From NCBI GenBank assembly GCA_038231275.1, contig JBBRLQ010000003.1:1-44339 (forward strand): a DNA stretch of 44,339 nt, written 5' to 3'. Positions 18,914-27,664 of this stretch are shown in pieces. The notes beneath the pieces were generated by a model, which searched no databases, had not been told where the DNA came from, and saw only the letters and a list, made by a program, of their open reading frames with translations. Source of the DNA: Polyangiales bacterium. GTDB lineage: Bacteria; Myxococcota_A; Polyangia; Polyangiales; Polyangiaceae. The position numbers were made by a program, and so were the translations under genes. Numbering within the stretch: the first letter of the stretch is position 1; each line of letters opens with the position of its first letter.

Positions 18914-19091
18914 CGCGAGCTTGATCGAGACGATGCCGCCGAGGAGGGCGCCGACGAGAGGCGCGCGCAGGCCCGGCGAGCTCGGGGGAGATGGAGGGAC
19001 GACAGGAGGCTTTTCCTGGCTCATCCCCGCGGCCTGCGGTGCCCGTGCTTGACGGCGCCCGCTCCATTCCTTATACGCCTGCGGCTCCCCA

Positions 19092-20003
19092 ATGACACAG
19101 CTTGCCGACGGATTGGCCCCCGCAAAGATCGCGCAGCGCGTCCGTGTGGCGGATCTCATCGCCCTGACCAAGCCGCGAATCACGCTCATGGTCGTCATCA
19201 CGACGCTCGGCGGTCTCTTCCTCGCGCGTCGCGCCGAGGGGGCGGTCTTCACCGCGTGGATCGTGGGATGGGCCGTGCTCGGGACGGCGCTCGTCGTCGC
19301 CGGCGCGAACGCGCTCAACATGTACATCGAGCGCGAGATCGACGGGAAGATGGCGCGGACGCAGAATCGTCCGCTCCCCGCCGGCCGCCTGAACGCGCGC
19401 GTGGCGCTCTGGTTCGGCGTGATCCTCTCGGCGGTATCGGTGCCCATCCTCGCGATCGGCGTGAACCCGCTCACCGCCTTGCTCGCGGTGCTCGCGAACG
19501 TGAGCTACGTCCTCGCGTACACACCGATGAAGCAGCGATCGCACCACGCGCTCCTCGTCGGCGCGGTGCCTGGCGCGATCCCGCCGCTGCTCGGTTGGAC
19601 GGCGGCGACTGGGCGGATCGACGCGGCCGGCGTCGTGCTCTTCGCGGTGTTGTTCCTCTGGCAGGTGCCGCATTTCCTGGCCATCACGCTCTTCCGCCGC
19701 GAAGACTACGCGCGCGCGGGCCTCGTGGTGATGCCGAACGTGACCGGGACGCGGGACGTGAAGCACGCCATCGTGCGGTATTCGCTGGCGCTGGTGGGGG
19801 CGAGCCTGCTCCTCGTCCCGCTGCGCATCGCGCACGTCGGCTACTTCGTGGTGGCGGCGGCGCTGGGCGTGGCCTTCTTCGCGTTGGGCTGCTTCGGATT
19901 GCGGGAGGACGCGGGCCGCAAGTGGGCGCGCTCGCTGTTCGCGGCGTCGATCGTTTACCTGCTCCTCCTCTTCATCGCGGTCGCTGTCGACCCGCTCGCG
20001 TAG
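19092..20003 (+). CDS. ctaB: Protoheme IX farnesyltransferase (heme O synthase)
   Basis: UbiA-fold membrane prenyltransferase, 303 aa: ...ALNMYIEREIDGKMARTQNRPLPAGRL... and ...WQVPHFLAITLFRREDYARAG... are CtaB/CyoE hallmarks. Confidence 0.9.
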   Translation: MTQLADGLAPAKIAQRVRVADLIALTKPRITLMVVITTLGGLFLARRAEGAVFTAWIVGWAVLGTALVVAGANALNMYIEREIDGKMARTQNRPLPAGRLNARVALWFGVILSAVSVPILAIGVNPLTALLAVLANVSYVLAYTPMKQRSHHALLVGAVPGAIPPLLGWTAATGRIDAAGVVLFAVLFLWQVPHFLAITLFRREDYARAGLVVMPNVTGTRDVKHAIVRYSLALVGASLLLVPLRIAHVGYFVVAAALGVAFFALGCFGLREDAGRKWARSLFAASIVYLLLLFIAVAVDPLA

Positions 20004-20009
20004 CGCGCC

Positions 20010-20483
20010 GTGGCCTTCACGGCCCCTGCGAAAAAGACGGCGGTCGTCGCGCTCTTCGTCGTCGCCCTCGTGTCCGGCGTCGTGCTCGCGCGTTCGTGGA
20101 GCGGTCGCGACGGCCCCGAGCTTGGCGGCTTTCACGGCGTGCGTCTGGGGATGACCGCAAGCGCGGTGCGGGAGCGCTTCGAAGAACCGACGCTCGGGGC
20201 CTGGCGATCCTTACCGTCGACCGGCGCAGGTGACGTGGTCCTCGCGTGGACGGCCGCGAAGGGACCGGCGGAGGCGCAGTTCGAGCTTCACAACGGAATG
20301 CTCGTCGCAGTGCGCGCGGCGGTCGAGGTGACCGATCCCGACGCGAAGCGCCCGCCCGTGCAGAGCTCGCGCGCCGTCGTGCGTACGCGAACCGACGAGG
20401 GCGGGCACGTACGCGTCACGGTGCTGGCGCGCGATTGCCCGACGCACCACGACGAAGCGGAGCGGCTCGCGGCGGGAAAATGA
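20010..20483 (+). CDS. Hypothetical membrane-anchored protein (157 aa)
   Basis: Starts 6 nt after the ctaB stop with an N-terminal hydrophobic helix (TAVVALFVVALVSGVVLA). No recognised domain. Confidence 0.45.
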   Translation: MAFTAPAKKTAVVALFVVALVSGVVLARSWSGRDGPELGGFHGVRLGMTASAVRERFEEPTLGAWRSLPSTGAGDVVLAWTAAKGPAEAQFELHNGMLVAVRAAVEVTDPDAKRPPVQSSRAVVRTRTDEGGHVRVTVLARDCPTHHDEAERLAAGK

Positions 20484-20498
20484 GCGCTCCGCCGAGCC

Positions 20499-22187
20499 TT
20501 ACGGCATGCGGCGCTCGCGGATGCGCTGGATGAGCTCGAGGATGCGGGCGTCGCCGGGGAGGAGGCGTCGCGCGATCGAGGCCTCGTGCTCCGCGTCGTC
20601 GATCGCGTCACGGGCGAGCAGCGCCTCGGCGAGGCCAGTGCGCGCGCGGAACGATCCGGGATCGCGGGCCAGCGCGCGACGGTAGGCCTCGGTGGCCGCC
20701 TGGGCGTCACCGCGCGCAAGAAGCGCGCTGCCGATCGCGACGCGCGCGCCGGTGTCGGCGAAGAGAGCGTCGGCGCGGCGCAGATCGGGGAGCGCGCGGT
20801 CCGCTTCGCCGAGGGCGAGCTCGTGAAGTCCGAGCTCCAGCGCCGCCTCTCCCGAGCTGGGATCGATGCGGCACGCCCTCAGGAGCGCGGCGAGGCGCGC
20901 GTCGGGAGCGAGATCGACGGCGCGCGAACGCTCACGCGTCGAGAGCCACCCACGCGTCGCGGGGACGAGGAGCCACGCGACGGCGGCAAGGCCCACCAGT
21001 GCCGCCGTCACGTGACGTGATCGATGCCGACGCGGAGCGCGAACGTCCATCGTCGGGACCCCGAGCGCGAAGCCCGCGAGGAGCAGGATCGCCGGTTGCC
21101 GAAGCGGCGAGTCGCCAAAGCACGCGACGCCGAGCGCGGCGACCGACGCTGCACCCCCGATCCACCCCGCGCGCGCGTGAGCACGGACCCCGAGCAAGAT
21201 CGTCCACACCAGGAGGAGTGCCGCGAACGGGCCCGACTCGACCGCGACCTGGAGGTACTCGTCGTGCGCCGTCGTCGCGTTCACGAAGCGCCGCGCGGCC
21301 TCGGGCGGGGTCATTCGCGCAAGCTCCTGGCCTTGCGCGTCGAGGTACGCGTGACCGAAGCGCCCGAGGCCCACGCCGAACGGCGCGCTCGCCGACGCCG
21401 CGCGCGCCGCACCATGCCAGATCCACGCGCGCCCGCGGAGCGCGAGATCGGCAGGCACGTCGCCTTCGGCGGCCGCGCCACGGGCCGCGAGCAGGACCAC
21501 GACCGTCGTGGCCACAGCGGCGACCCTTCGGGTCCATCGCCCGCGCACCGACGCGAAGAACATCCACGCGCACGCGACGAACGCCGCGGCCCACCCCACC
21601 CGCGAGTGCGAGAGGAGGAGGCCCACCGCCGCCGCCGCGCATGCGATCCCGGCGATCGCGCGCCCTCGTCCCCGCCACGCGCGCGCCGCATCGATGCACA
21701 GCGGGAGCGCGCACGCGAGCAGCAGGCCGAGCCAGTTCGGGTTTCCTTGGCCGCCGTGGAGCGCGAGCCCGCGTGCGCCGTGCAGCGCCGCGGCGATCGC
21801 CACCGCGCCCGACACCATGCCGACCGCGACCGCCAAGGCCCGCGCGGCGTGTCGTCCGACGCGAACGCCGAGCTGCGAGGCGAGCACACCCGCGCCGAGC
21901 GCGCCGACCAGCGCCCCGAGATCGCGCGCACCTTGCGGCAGTCCCCATCCGAGGCTCAGCGCAGACATCGCGACGAACGCCACGCCTGCGCGCGCCCCCC
22001 AGCTCGTCGCCGCGCCGCGCGACCGCCGCACGAGAACGAGCGCGAACGCCGCCGCCGCGACGAGCAGTCCAAGCACACGCTTCGGATCCGCCGCTTCGGC
22101 GCGCGGATCGTACGCGAGCGAGGCGGTCACCAGCGCCGCGCCGAAGCCGCCCAAGAGCCAGGCCGCACCTCGCCGCGCGGCGGTCAC
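20499..22187 (-). CDS. O-antigen ligase (Wzy_C) family polytopic membrane protein with C-terminal TPR repeats
   Basis: Multiple TM helices. The Wzy_C-like motif FGVGLGRFGHAYL...AHDEYLQVAVESG is present. The C-terminal ~150 aa are TPR-like (ALELGLHELALGEADRALPDLRRADALF...). Confidence 0.7.
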   Translation of the reverse strand: MTAARRGAAWLLGGFGAALVTASLAYDPRAEAADPKRVLGLLVAAAAFALVLVRRSRGAATSWGARAGVAFVAMSALSLGWGLPQGARDLGALVGALGAGVLASQLGVRVGRHAARALAVAVGMVSGAVAIAAALHGARGLALHGGQGNPNWLGLLLACALPLCIDAARAWRGRGRAIAGIACAAAAVGLLLSHSRVGWAAAFVACAWMFFASVRGRWTRRVAAVATTVVVLLAARGAAAEGDVPADLALRGRAWIWHGAARAASASAPFGVGLGRFGHAYLDAQGQELARMTPPEAARRFVNATTAHDEYLQVAVESGPFAALLLVWTILLGVRAHARAGWIGGAASVAALGVACFGDSPLRQPAILLLAGFALGVPTMDVRAPRRHRSRHVTAALVGLAAVAWLLVPATRGWLSTRERSRAVDLAPDARLAALLRACRIDPSSGEAALELGLHELALGEADRALPDLRRADALFADTGARVAIGSALLARGDAQAATEAYRRALARDPGSFRARTGLAEALLARDAIDDAEHEASIARRLLPGDARILELIQRIRERRMP

Positions 22188-24268
22188 GGCCGCTTGGCGG
22201 CGGCGCGATCCGCGCGGACGTCGAGGATGCGGCGCAGCTGATCGCGCACGGCGCCGCGTCCCTCCCGCGCCAGCGCGCGTCGAAGGAGCTCCGTCGTCAC
22301 CGCACGCTCGTCACGAACCAGGTATTTTTCAGCCAGATCGCGCTCCGCGCGCGTCGCCCCGCCGAGCGCCGCGAGCATGCGGAAGACCGCCTTCTCCGGC
22401 TCCCACGCGAAACGGATCGCCGCCGCCGCCATCGCGATCGGCACGTCGGCGCCCTTCGCGCGCGTCTCGAGCTCCGGTGTCATTCGCGCGCGCGCCTTCG
22501 GCTCCGAGACCCGCGACGCGAGGCGCACGAAGCTCGGCAGCTGGTCTTGCGGCAGGTTGTCGAGATCGCGAAACACCTGCGCCGCGCCCGCCGGATCGTC
22601 CGCACGCGCGAGCGCGAGGGCCGCGTGGATGCGCAGGCGCGTGTTCTCGTGCGCGAGGAGCTGCCCGAGGATCTCGCCGGCCTGCGCGTCGGTCAGCTCG
22701 CCCGCGAGATCGATCGCCGAGAGCGTCCGCAAGATCGTCTTGTGCGCCAGCGACGCTTGGATCTCGCTCCGCGCGAGCGGCCCCGCGCCGGCGGGCTTCA
22801 TCGTCGCCACGAGATCCGTCAGCTCGCTCCGCCCTTTGCTCCACGCGAGGAGCGTTCGGCCTGGCACGTCGGGGGACTTCGACGCGCGCATGAAGTTCTC
22901 GACGTCGCCCAAGTGGCACTGCGACAGCTCGAGGCAAAGCAGCAGATCCTGCGTGACCCGCGGATCGTTTCCGCGCCCGAGCAGGATCGCCGCCTCGGCC
23001 TTGGTCTCGGGCACGGCGTAGAGCTTGTCCCACACGAGATCGGTCCGCGTGTTGCCGCTGAGCGCGTAGATGGCGTAGATCGCCGCGCGCTTGAGGCTGG
23101 GGTTCGGATCGTCGACGTACTTCTCGAGGACCGCGGCGCCTTCCTTCGCGTCGAGCTTGCCGATCGCCGTCACGGCAGAGAGGCGGACCATGTCGTTCTT
23201 GTCGTCGAGGGCCGCGCGGAGGAGCGGCAGCCCCTCGGGCCGGCGCACGTCGCCGAGCACGAACGCGGCGTTCATCCGGATCTGCGCCTGCTTGTGCCCG
23301 ACCAGATCGCGCGCGGTGCCGTAGAACGCCTGCGGATCGAGGCGCTCCAGCGCGAACGCGATGTTGTTCAGCATCCGCGACTCGCGCACGTGCGGCACTT
23401 GCTCGAGCAGCGCGCGCGTCGCGGTCTTGTCGCCGATCTTTCCGAGCGCGTACACGGCGCGGTTGCGGATGCGCGTGTCGGCGTTCTTCATCAGCTTCAC
23501 GAGCGCGGGGCCGAGCTCGGGCGCGCGCAGCTCACCGGCCGCGAAGGTCGCCGCCATGACGAGGCCAGGATCGTTGCTCCCGAGCGCGTACGACACGTCG
23601 CCGACGAGCACTGAGCGATCGACGAGGTGACGGCTCTTCCACAGCCCCCGAAACGCCGAGACGCGGAGCGTCGCGAGCTCCTCCTTGGGCTGGTGGAGCG
23701 CGTCGCGAAGGACCTTCACCGCGCGCCCGCTGTTCTGCGAGCCGAGCGCGTCTAGGGCAGCGCCGCGGTTTTGCTCCTCTTCATCCTCACGCGCGAGGAT
23801 CTTCTCGAGCGGCGCGACGTTGCTGGGGTCCGGGATCTTCCTCAGCGCGGCGACCGCGGTCCCTCGAACGCCCGGATCCCACGCCTCGAGCGCGCCTTGA
23901 AGCGCCGGCAGCGCGCTCTTGTCGCCGAGGCGCCCGAGCATCTCCGCGCACGTCGCGCGCAGGTGATCGTCCACGTTGTCGGAGACGCAGCGCGCGAGCG
24001 CTTTGGTCGAGCGGCGGCCGAGGTTCAGCACGTCGGGGCTCGCCGGCATGTCGCGCCGGATCACGTTGATGAGGACCGCCTCGTCCTTCGGGATCGCGAG
24101 CAGCACCTCGCGCTTCTTCTTGGAGAGCTGATCGCTCGAGAGCGCCTCGCCAGCCTGCGGCGCGTCGTCCTCTTCTTCGTCGGCGAAGGCCGTGCGCACG
24201 ACCGCCGCGCTCGGCAGCGCCGCCGCGAGGACCAGGAGAGCGAGGAGCGTGCCTCTTCGCGGCTTCAT
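22184..24268 (-). CDS. Secreted HEAT/PBS-lyase-like repeat protein (694 aa)
   Basis: Signal peptide MKPRRGTLLALLVLAAALPSAAV. Repeated HEAT-like units (DPGVRGTAVAALRKI, DTRIRNRAVYALGKIGD, NDMVRLSAVTAIGKL, NPSLKRAAIYAIYAL). Its stop overlaps the start of the downstream ligase gene by 4 nt. Confidence 0.75.
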   Translation of the reverse strand: MKPRRGTLLALLVLAAALPSAAVVRTAFADEEEDDAPQAGEALSSDQLSKKKREVLLAIPKDEAVLINVIRRDMPASPDVLNLGRRSTKALARCVSDNVDDHLRATCAEMLGRLGDKSALPALQGALEAWDPGVRGTAVAALRKIPDPSNVAPLEKILAREDEEEQNRGAALDALGSQNSGRAVKVLRDALHQPKEELATLRVSAFRGLWKSRHLVDRSVLVGDVSYALGSNDPGLVMAATFAAGELRAPELGPALVKLMKNADTRIRNRAVYALGKIGDKTATRALLEQVPHVRESRMLNNIAFALERLDPQAFYGTARDLVGHKQAQIRMNAAFVLGDVRRPEGLPLLRAALDDKNDMVRLSAVTAIGKLDAKEGAAVLEKYVDDPNPSLKRAAIYAIYALSGNTRTDLVWDKLYAVPETKAEAAILLGRGNDPRVTQDLLLCLELSQCHLGDVENFMRASKSPDVPGRTLLAWSKGRSELTDLVATMKPAGAGPLARSEIQASLAHKTILRTLSAIDLAGELTDAQAGEILGQLLAHENTRLRIHAALALARADDPAGAAQVFRDLDNLPQDQLPSFVRLASRVSEPKARARMTPELETRAKGADVPIAMAAAAIRFAWEPEKAVFRMLAALGGATRAERDLAEKYLVRDERAVTTELLRRALAREGRGAVRDQLRRILDVRADRAAAKRP

Positions 24269-24612
24269 GAGGCGTTCGCCTTTCGCGTGAGCTCGCGCAG
24301 ACGCCGGAGGACCGCGTCCTTCGTCGTGCGCCGAGACAGATACCTAATCTCGACCTTGCGACCGGCGCACCCACGCGCCTGGTCCCACGTGACAAGCTCC
24401 ACCGCGCGGTCCTCGTAGACCGCGAGATCGAAGCGCTCGTCGCAGTCGCTCGATGCTTCGAGATCGACGGTGGCCGACAGCGTCGCGCGCGGCTCGGCGT
24501 CGGGCACCGGCGTATCCCACGTCGCCACACGCGGTCGGCCGCTCCCGCACGCGACGAGCGCAGGGACGCAGGCCGAGAGAGCGATCGTGGCGAGGAGGTG
24601 TCGCGCGTTCAT
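24265..24612 (-). CDS. Small lipoprotein (115 aa), first gene of the envelope operon
   Basis: ATG at 24612 gives MNARHLLATIALSACVPALVACGSG (signal plus lipobox). Its stop overlaps the HEAT protein start (ATGA). The longer upstream part of ORF 24265..25062 is R-rich junk. Confidence 0.5.
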   Translation of the reverse strand: MNARHLLATIALSACVPALVACGSGRPRVATWDTPVPDAEPRATLSATVDLEASSDCDERFDLAVYEDRAVELVTWDQARGCAGRKVEIRYLSRRTTKDAVLRRLRELTRKANAS

Positions 24613-24711
24613 CGGTCGACGACGTTGTACGCCGCTGGCCTTCGTTTCTATTCCAATTCGTCTCCCGGGGCGCGACGAATCCCGCGTAGAGGGCGTGCTA
24701 CCGTCGGCGTG

Positions 24712-25080
24712 ATGAGGTGGGTTCGACAAGACCCGGTGACCGAAGACTCGTGTGGGCAATGCTGCGCCGCGATGCTCCTGGCGATTCGCAAGCGCGACGC
24801 CATCGCGCGCGTCGGCCACGACCTGGGGACGACGACTCGCGAGATGGCCAAGGTGCTGCGTGACGGCGGGCTTCGTGTGGCGCCGCGTTTGAAGAAGCTC
24901 CACACGTTCGACGCGATCCCGACGGCGCGCGCGCTCCTGCTCGGCACGTGGCGGCGGTACCCGCACTGGATGGTGTGGAACCGCGGGCGCGTCCTCGATC
25001 CGGTCGAGGGTGTCCTCCCGGTGCAGCCGAAGGGCCTCCCGCGCTGGATTCGCGTCACGCACTACCTCGCGGTCGAGTGA
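24712..25080 (+). CDS. Stand-alone papain-fold C39-like cysteine peptidase domain protein (~122 aa)
   Basis: From ATG 24712: MRWVRQDPVTEDSCGQCCAAMLLAIRKRD carries the Q...CG.A.L.M oxyanion/Cys motif of C39-type peptidases. ...RRYPHWMVWNRGRVLDPVEG carries the H-hydrophobic...DP..G catalytic His/Asp block. Confidence 0.55.
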   Translation: MRWVRQDPVTEDSCGQCCAAMLLAIRKRDAIARVGHDLGTTTREMAKVLRDGGLRVAPRLKKLHTFDAIPTARALLLGTWRRYPHWMVWNRGRVLDPVEGVLPVQPKGLPRWIRVTHYLAVE

Positions 25081-25082
25081 CG

Positions 25083-25757
25083 ATGAGCCGCCGCGACAAC
25101 GCCGCGTTTCGGTGCGCGCGCTGCCGCATGCACGCGAGCCTCTGCGTGTGCCCGCTCGTCACGAACGTCGAGACCCGAACGCGCTTGCTCCTCGTCGTCC
25201 ACCGGCGCGAGGACGGCAAGCCCACCAACACCGGCCGGCTCGCCGCCGCGTGCCTCACCAACAGCGCCGTCGTCGTGCGTGGCCACATTCCCGTGGACGA
25301 CGCGGAGGGCGAGCCCGCGCTCGAATTTCCGACCGATTCGCAGCCGCTCCTTCTCTATCCGGCCGACGACGCGGTCCCGATTACGCGCTTCGCCGGCTCC
25401 GCGCGACCGGTGGTCCTCGTCGTTCCCGACGGCAACTGGCGGCAAGCGTCGAAGGTGCGAAAGCGCGTCCCCGGCCTGGACGGCGTCCCGTGCGTCTCGC
25501 TCCCTCCCGGCGCCGCCACGTCGTACCGCCTCCGCTTCGAGCCGCAGAAAGACGGGCTCGCCACGCTCGAGGCGATCGCCCGCGCGTTCGGTGTCCTCGA
25601 AGGCCCGCACGTCGAGGAGGCGCTCCTGCGGCCGTTCCGCGCGATGGTGGAGCGAACGCTGTGGGCGCGCGGCGCGATCGATCGCGCGGCCGTTCACGAC
25701 GGCATTCCCGAGGGAGCGATGCGCCACGATCCGAAGAGCGGCGCCGGCGTCCGATGA
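25083..25757 (+). CDS. DTW-domain protein (TapT/TuaA-like aminocarboxypropyltransferase family)
   Basis: Starts 3 nt after the peptidase stop. N-terminal CxxC-x6-CxC (CARCRMHASLCVC) and a central VVPDGNWRQASK, a DTW-like motif (DGTW in canonical members). Confidence 0.65.
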   Translation: MSRRDNAAFRCARCRMHASLCVCPLVTNVETRTRLLLVVHRREDGKPTNTGRLAAACLTNSAVVVRGHIPVDDAEGEPALEFPTDSQPLLLYPADDAVPITRFAGSARPVVLVVPDGNWRQASKVRKRVPGLDGVPCVSLPPGAATSYRLRFEPQKDGLATLEAIARAFGVLEGPHVEEALLRPFRAMVERTLWARGAIDRAAVHDGIPEGAMRHDPKSGAGVR

Positions 25758-26506
25758 GCGACGACGACGAAATCACGATCGACGGCCTCACGCGCGACTT
25801 CACGATCGCGCAGCGAAAGCGCGGCCACCGCCACTCGACCGACGATCTGCTCACCGGCTGGTACGCCGCCGAGAAGGCGCCGGGGGCCACGCGCGTGCTC
25901 GACCTCGGGAGCGGCATCGGTTCCGTCGGCCTCCTCGTCCTCTGGCGCGCACCTCCTTCGGCGACGCTCACCGCGGTGGAGGCGCAAGACGTGAGCTTCG
26001 CGCTGCTCGAACGCAACGTCGCGATGAACGCCCTGGAAAAACGCGTACGCGCGGTGCACGGCGATCTTCGAGACGTTCGCTTCGCCGGCGAGACGTTCGA
26101 CCTCGTCACCGGCAGCCCGCCGTACTTCGACGTGAACGACGGCATCGTCCCGAAGGACTCGCAAAAGGCGCACGCGCGCTTCGAGCTCCGCGGCGACGTG
26201 CGCGACTACTGCGCCGCCGCCCGCGCTGCGATGGCGGCAGAGGCGCGCTTCGTCTTTTGCTTCCCCACGGCGCAGCGAAAGCGCGCCGAACGCGCCTGCG
26301 ACGAGGCGCGCCTCCCGATCGTCACGGCCCGAGACGTCGTCCCTCGCCGCGGCGCTCCTGCGCTCTTCTCGCTCTTCTGCTGCCGCCGCGCCGAAGATCC
26401 CGGACCCGCGTTCGTGGAGGAGCCGACGTACTTCGTCCGCGACGAGCACGGCGCGCAAACCGCCGAGCACGCCGCTGCCCGCGCCTCGTTCGGCATGGGC
26501 GTCTAG
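25754..26506 (+). CDS. Class I SAM-dependent methyltransferase, MTS / amino-methyltransferase type (TrmN6/YfiC-like)
   Basis: Its ATG overlaps the DTW stop (ATGA). Motif I is VLDLGSGIGSVGL and motif IV is GSPPYF ([S/N/D]PPY, N6-A/N4-C amino-MTase signature). Confidence 0.65.
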   Translation: MSDDDEITIDGLTRDFTIAQRKRGHRHSTDDLLTGWYAAEKAPGATRVLDLGSGIGSVGLLVLWRAPPSATLTAVEAQDVSFALLERNVAMNALEKRVRAVHGDLRDVRFAGETFDLVTGSPPYFDVNDGIVPKDSQKAHARFELRGDVRDYCAAARAAMAAEARFVFCFPTAQRKRAERACDEARLPIVTARDVVPRRGAPALFSLFCCRRAEDPGPAFVEEPTYFVRDEHGAQTAEHAAARASFGMGV

Positions 26507-26510
26507 TCCC

Positions 26511-27560
26511 CTAGAAATTCTTCTTCAGCACGAGCCCCGCGCGCGTCGCGTCGACGAAGTCCATCGCGAGGACGCCGTAGCGCCCCTTTCCGTGCGCCGG
26601 ATCCGAGAAGTACGCCTGGAGCTTCGGGTTGATGGAATTCGAGACGTCGCCGATGCTCGGCACGCCGAGGAGCAGCGGCGCGTAGCCGCTCGTGTAGTCG
26701 AGGTACAGCGTCGCTGCGTCCCCGCGCAACGCTTCGCCGAAGAGCGCGGTGATGGCGGTCCACTTCGCGGCGTTGTCGCTGACCTCGTACTCGTCTTGGA
26801 CTCGGAGGCGCGGAGGACCATCGACCGTGAACGTCGCCTTGTCGGCCCACTTCGTCGCGTCGATGCCCTTTGGCCCGGTGGCCGCGAACCGTCGCACGAG
26901 GACGATCTTGCCGCGCGCGTCCGACAGCGCGGGCACGGCCGTCCCCAGGCTCCAGGAGCTCGGCGCCTTCTTCACGTACGCGTCGAACGTCTGCTCGAAC
27001 GTCCGCGTGTTTCCGCTCGCCGTGTACTCCTCTTTGACGCTCATCAGGATCGTCTCGGTCGGGTGCGCCTTCATGAACGCGCCGGTCGCCGCGAGGACCT
27101 CGTCGAACGTCATCTGTTGGAAGATCGGGCCGTGGTGGATCTGGAAGGTGTCGTTGAAGTGGCGGCACCGAACGTCGAAGTAACGGACGCCCGCGGCGAG
27201 CTGCTCGGCGAGCGAGAGGGTCTGGCACTGCGCGGTCCCCGGCACCGGCTCGTGGCGGGCGCACGACTCGTGCGTGCCGGGGATCGTGAGCGCGGTGAGG
27301 CTGTCGCTGTCGGGCAGCGCGCCCATCCACGACGACGCGTCGTAGCTTGGCGTCGCGGCGTCATGCGGCTCCAACGCTCCAGCGTCGCCTCCGTCGAGGG
27401 GCGTGTCACCGAGCGGAGGGATGGGCACAGGCGATCCGGGCGGAGCCGCCGCGACGTCACCGGTCTGGTCGCTCGTTCCTGCGCCGTCGCCGCCTCCGCA
27501 GTGAGCGCATGCCATCGCCAGGGCGAGCGGGGCGAGTCGCGCGAGCAGCGTGCGGAGCAT
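26511..27560 (-). CDS. Secreted phosphatidylinositol-specific phospholipase C (PI-PLC X-domain, Bacillus-type)
   Basis: Block-by-block match to bacterial PI-PLC: LTIPGTHES (IPGTHDSG), RYFDVRCRH (RIFDIRGR), FQIHHGP, ETILMSVKEEY, SDARGKIVLVRRF, VQDEYEV, GVLAMDF. The N-terminus MLRTLLARLAPLALAMA is a signal peptide. A GTG alternative start lies at 27581. Confidence 0.85.
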   Translation of the reverse strand: MLRTLLARLAPLALAMACAHCGGGDGAGTSDQTGDVAAAPPGSPVPIPPLGDTPLDGGDAGALEPHDAATPSYDASSWMGALPDSDSLTALTIPGTHESCARHEPVPGTAQCQTLSLAEQLAAGVRYFDVRCRHFNDTFQIHHGPIFQQMTFDEVLAATGAFMKAHPTETILMSVKEEYTASGNTRTFEQTFDAYVKKAPSSWSLGTAVPALSDARGKIVLVRRFAATGPKGIDATKWADKATFTVDGPPRLRVQDEYEVSDNAAKWTAITALFGEALRGDAATLYLDYTSGYAPLLLGVPSIGDVSNSINPKLQAYFSDPAHGKGRYGVLAMDFVDATRAGLVLKKNF

Positions 27561-27664
27561 CCACGTTCCCGTTAGCACCAAGCGTGCCCACGGGAGATCG
27601 ATGCCTTAGCCCGCTCTCCCTCGCGGCCGGCTGCGGTGGATCGCGAGCGCGCCACCGCGGCGAC

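Noticed and set aside
19071-20135. 354-aa - strand ORF antisense to ctaB
   Set aside because: ctaB on the + strand has unmistakable UbiA-family motifs; the antisense translation is R/D/E-rich junk.
20484-20516. Imperfect hairpin (gagcgc(tc)cgc...gcggcgctc) between the convergent hypothetical and ligase genes, as a bidirectional terminator
   Set aside because: The stem is short and bulged, and one arm lies inside the ligase coding sequence. Not convincing without a U-tract (rare anyway at this GC).
20999-23614. 871-aa and 405-aa + strand ORFs over the ligase/HEAT genes
   Set aside because: Arg/Pro-rich antisense artefacts. The - strand products have a signal peptide, HEAT repeats and a Wzy_C motif.
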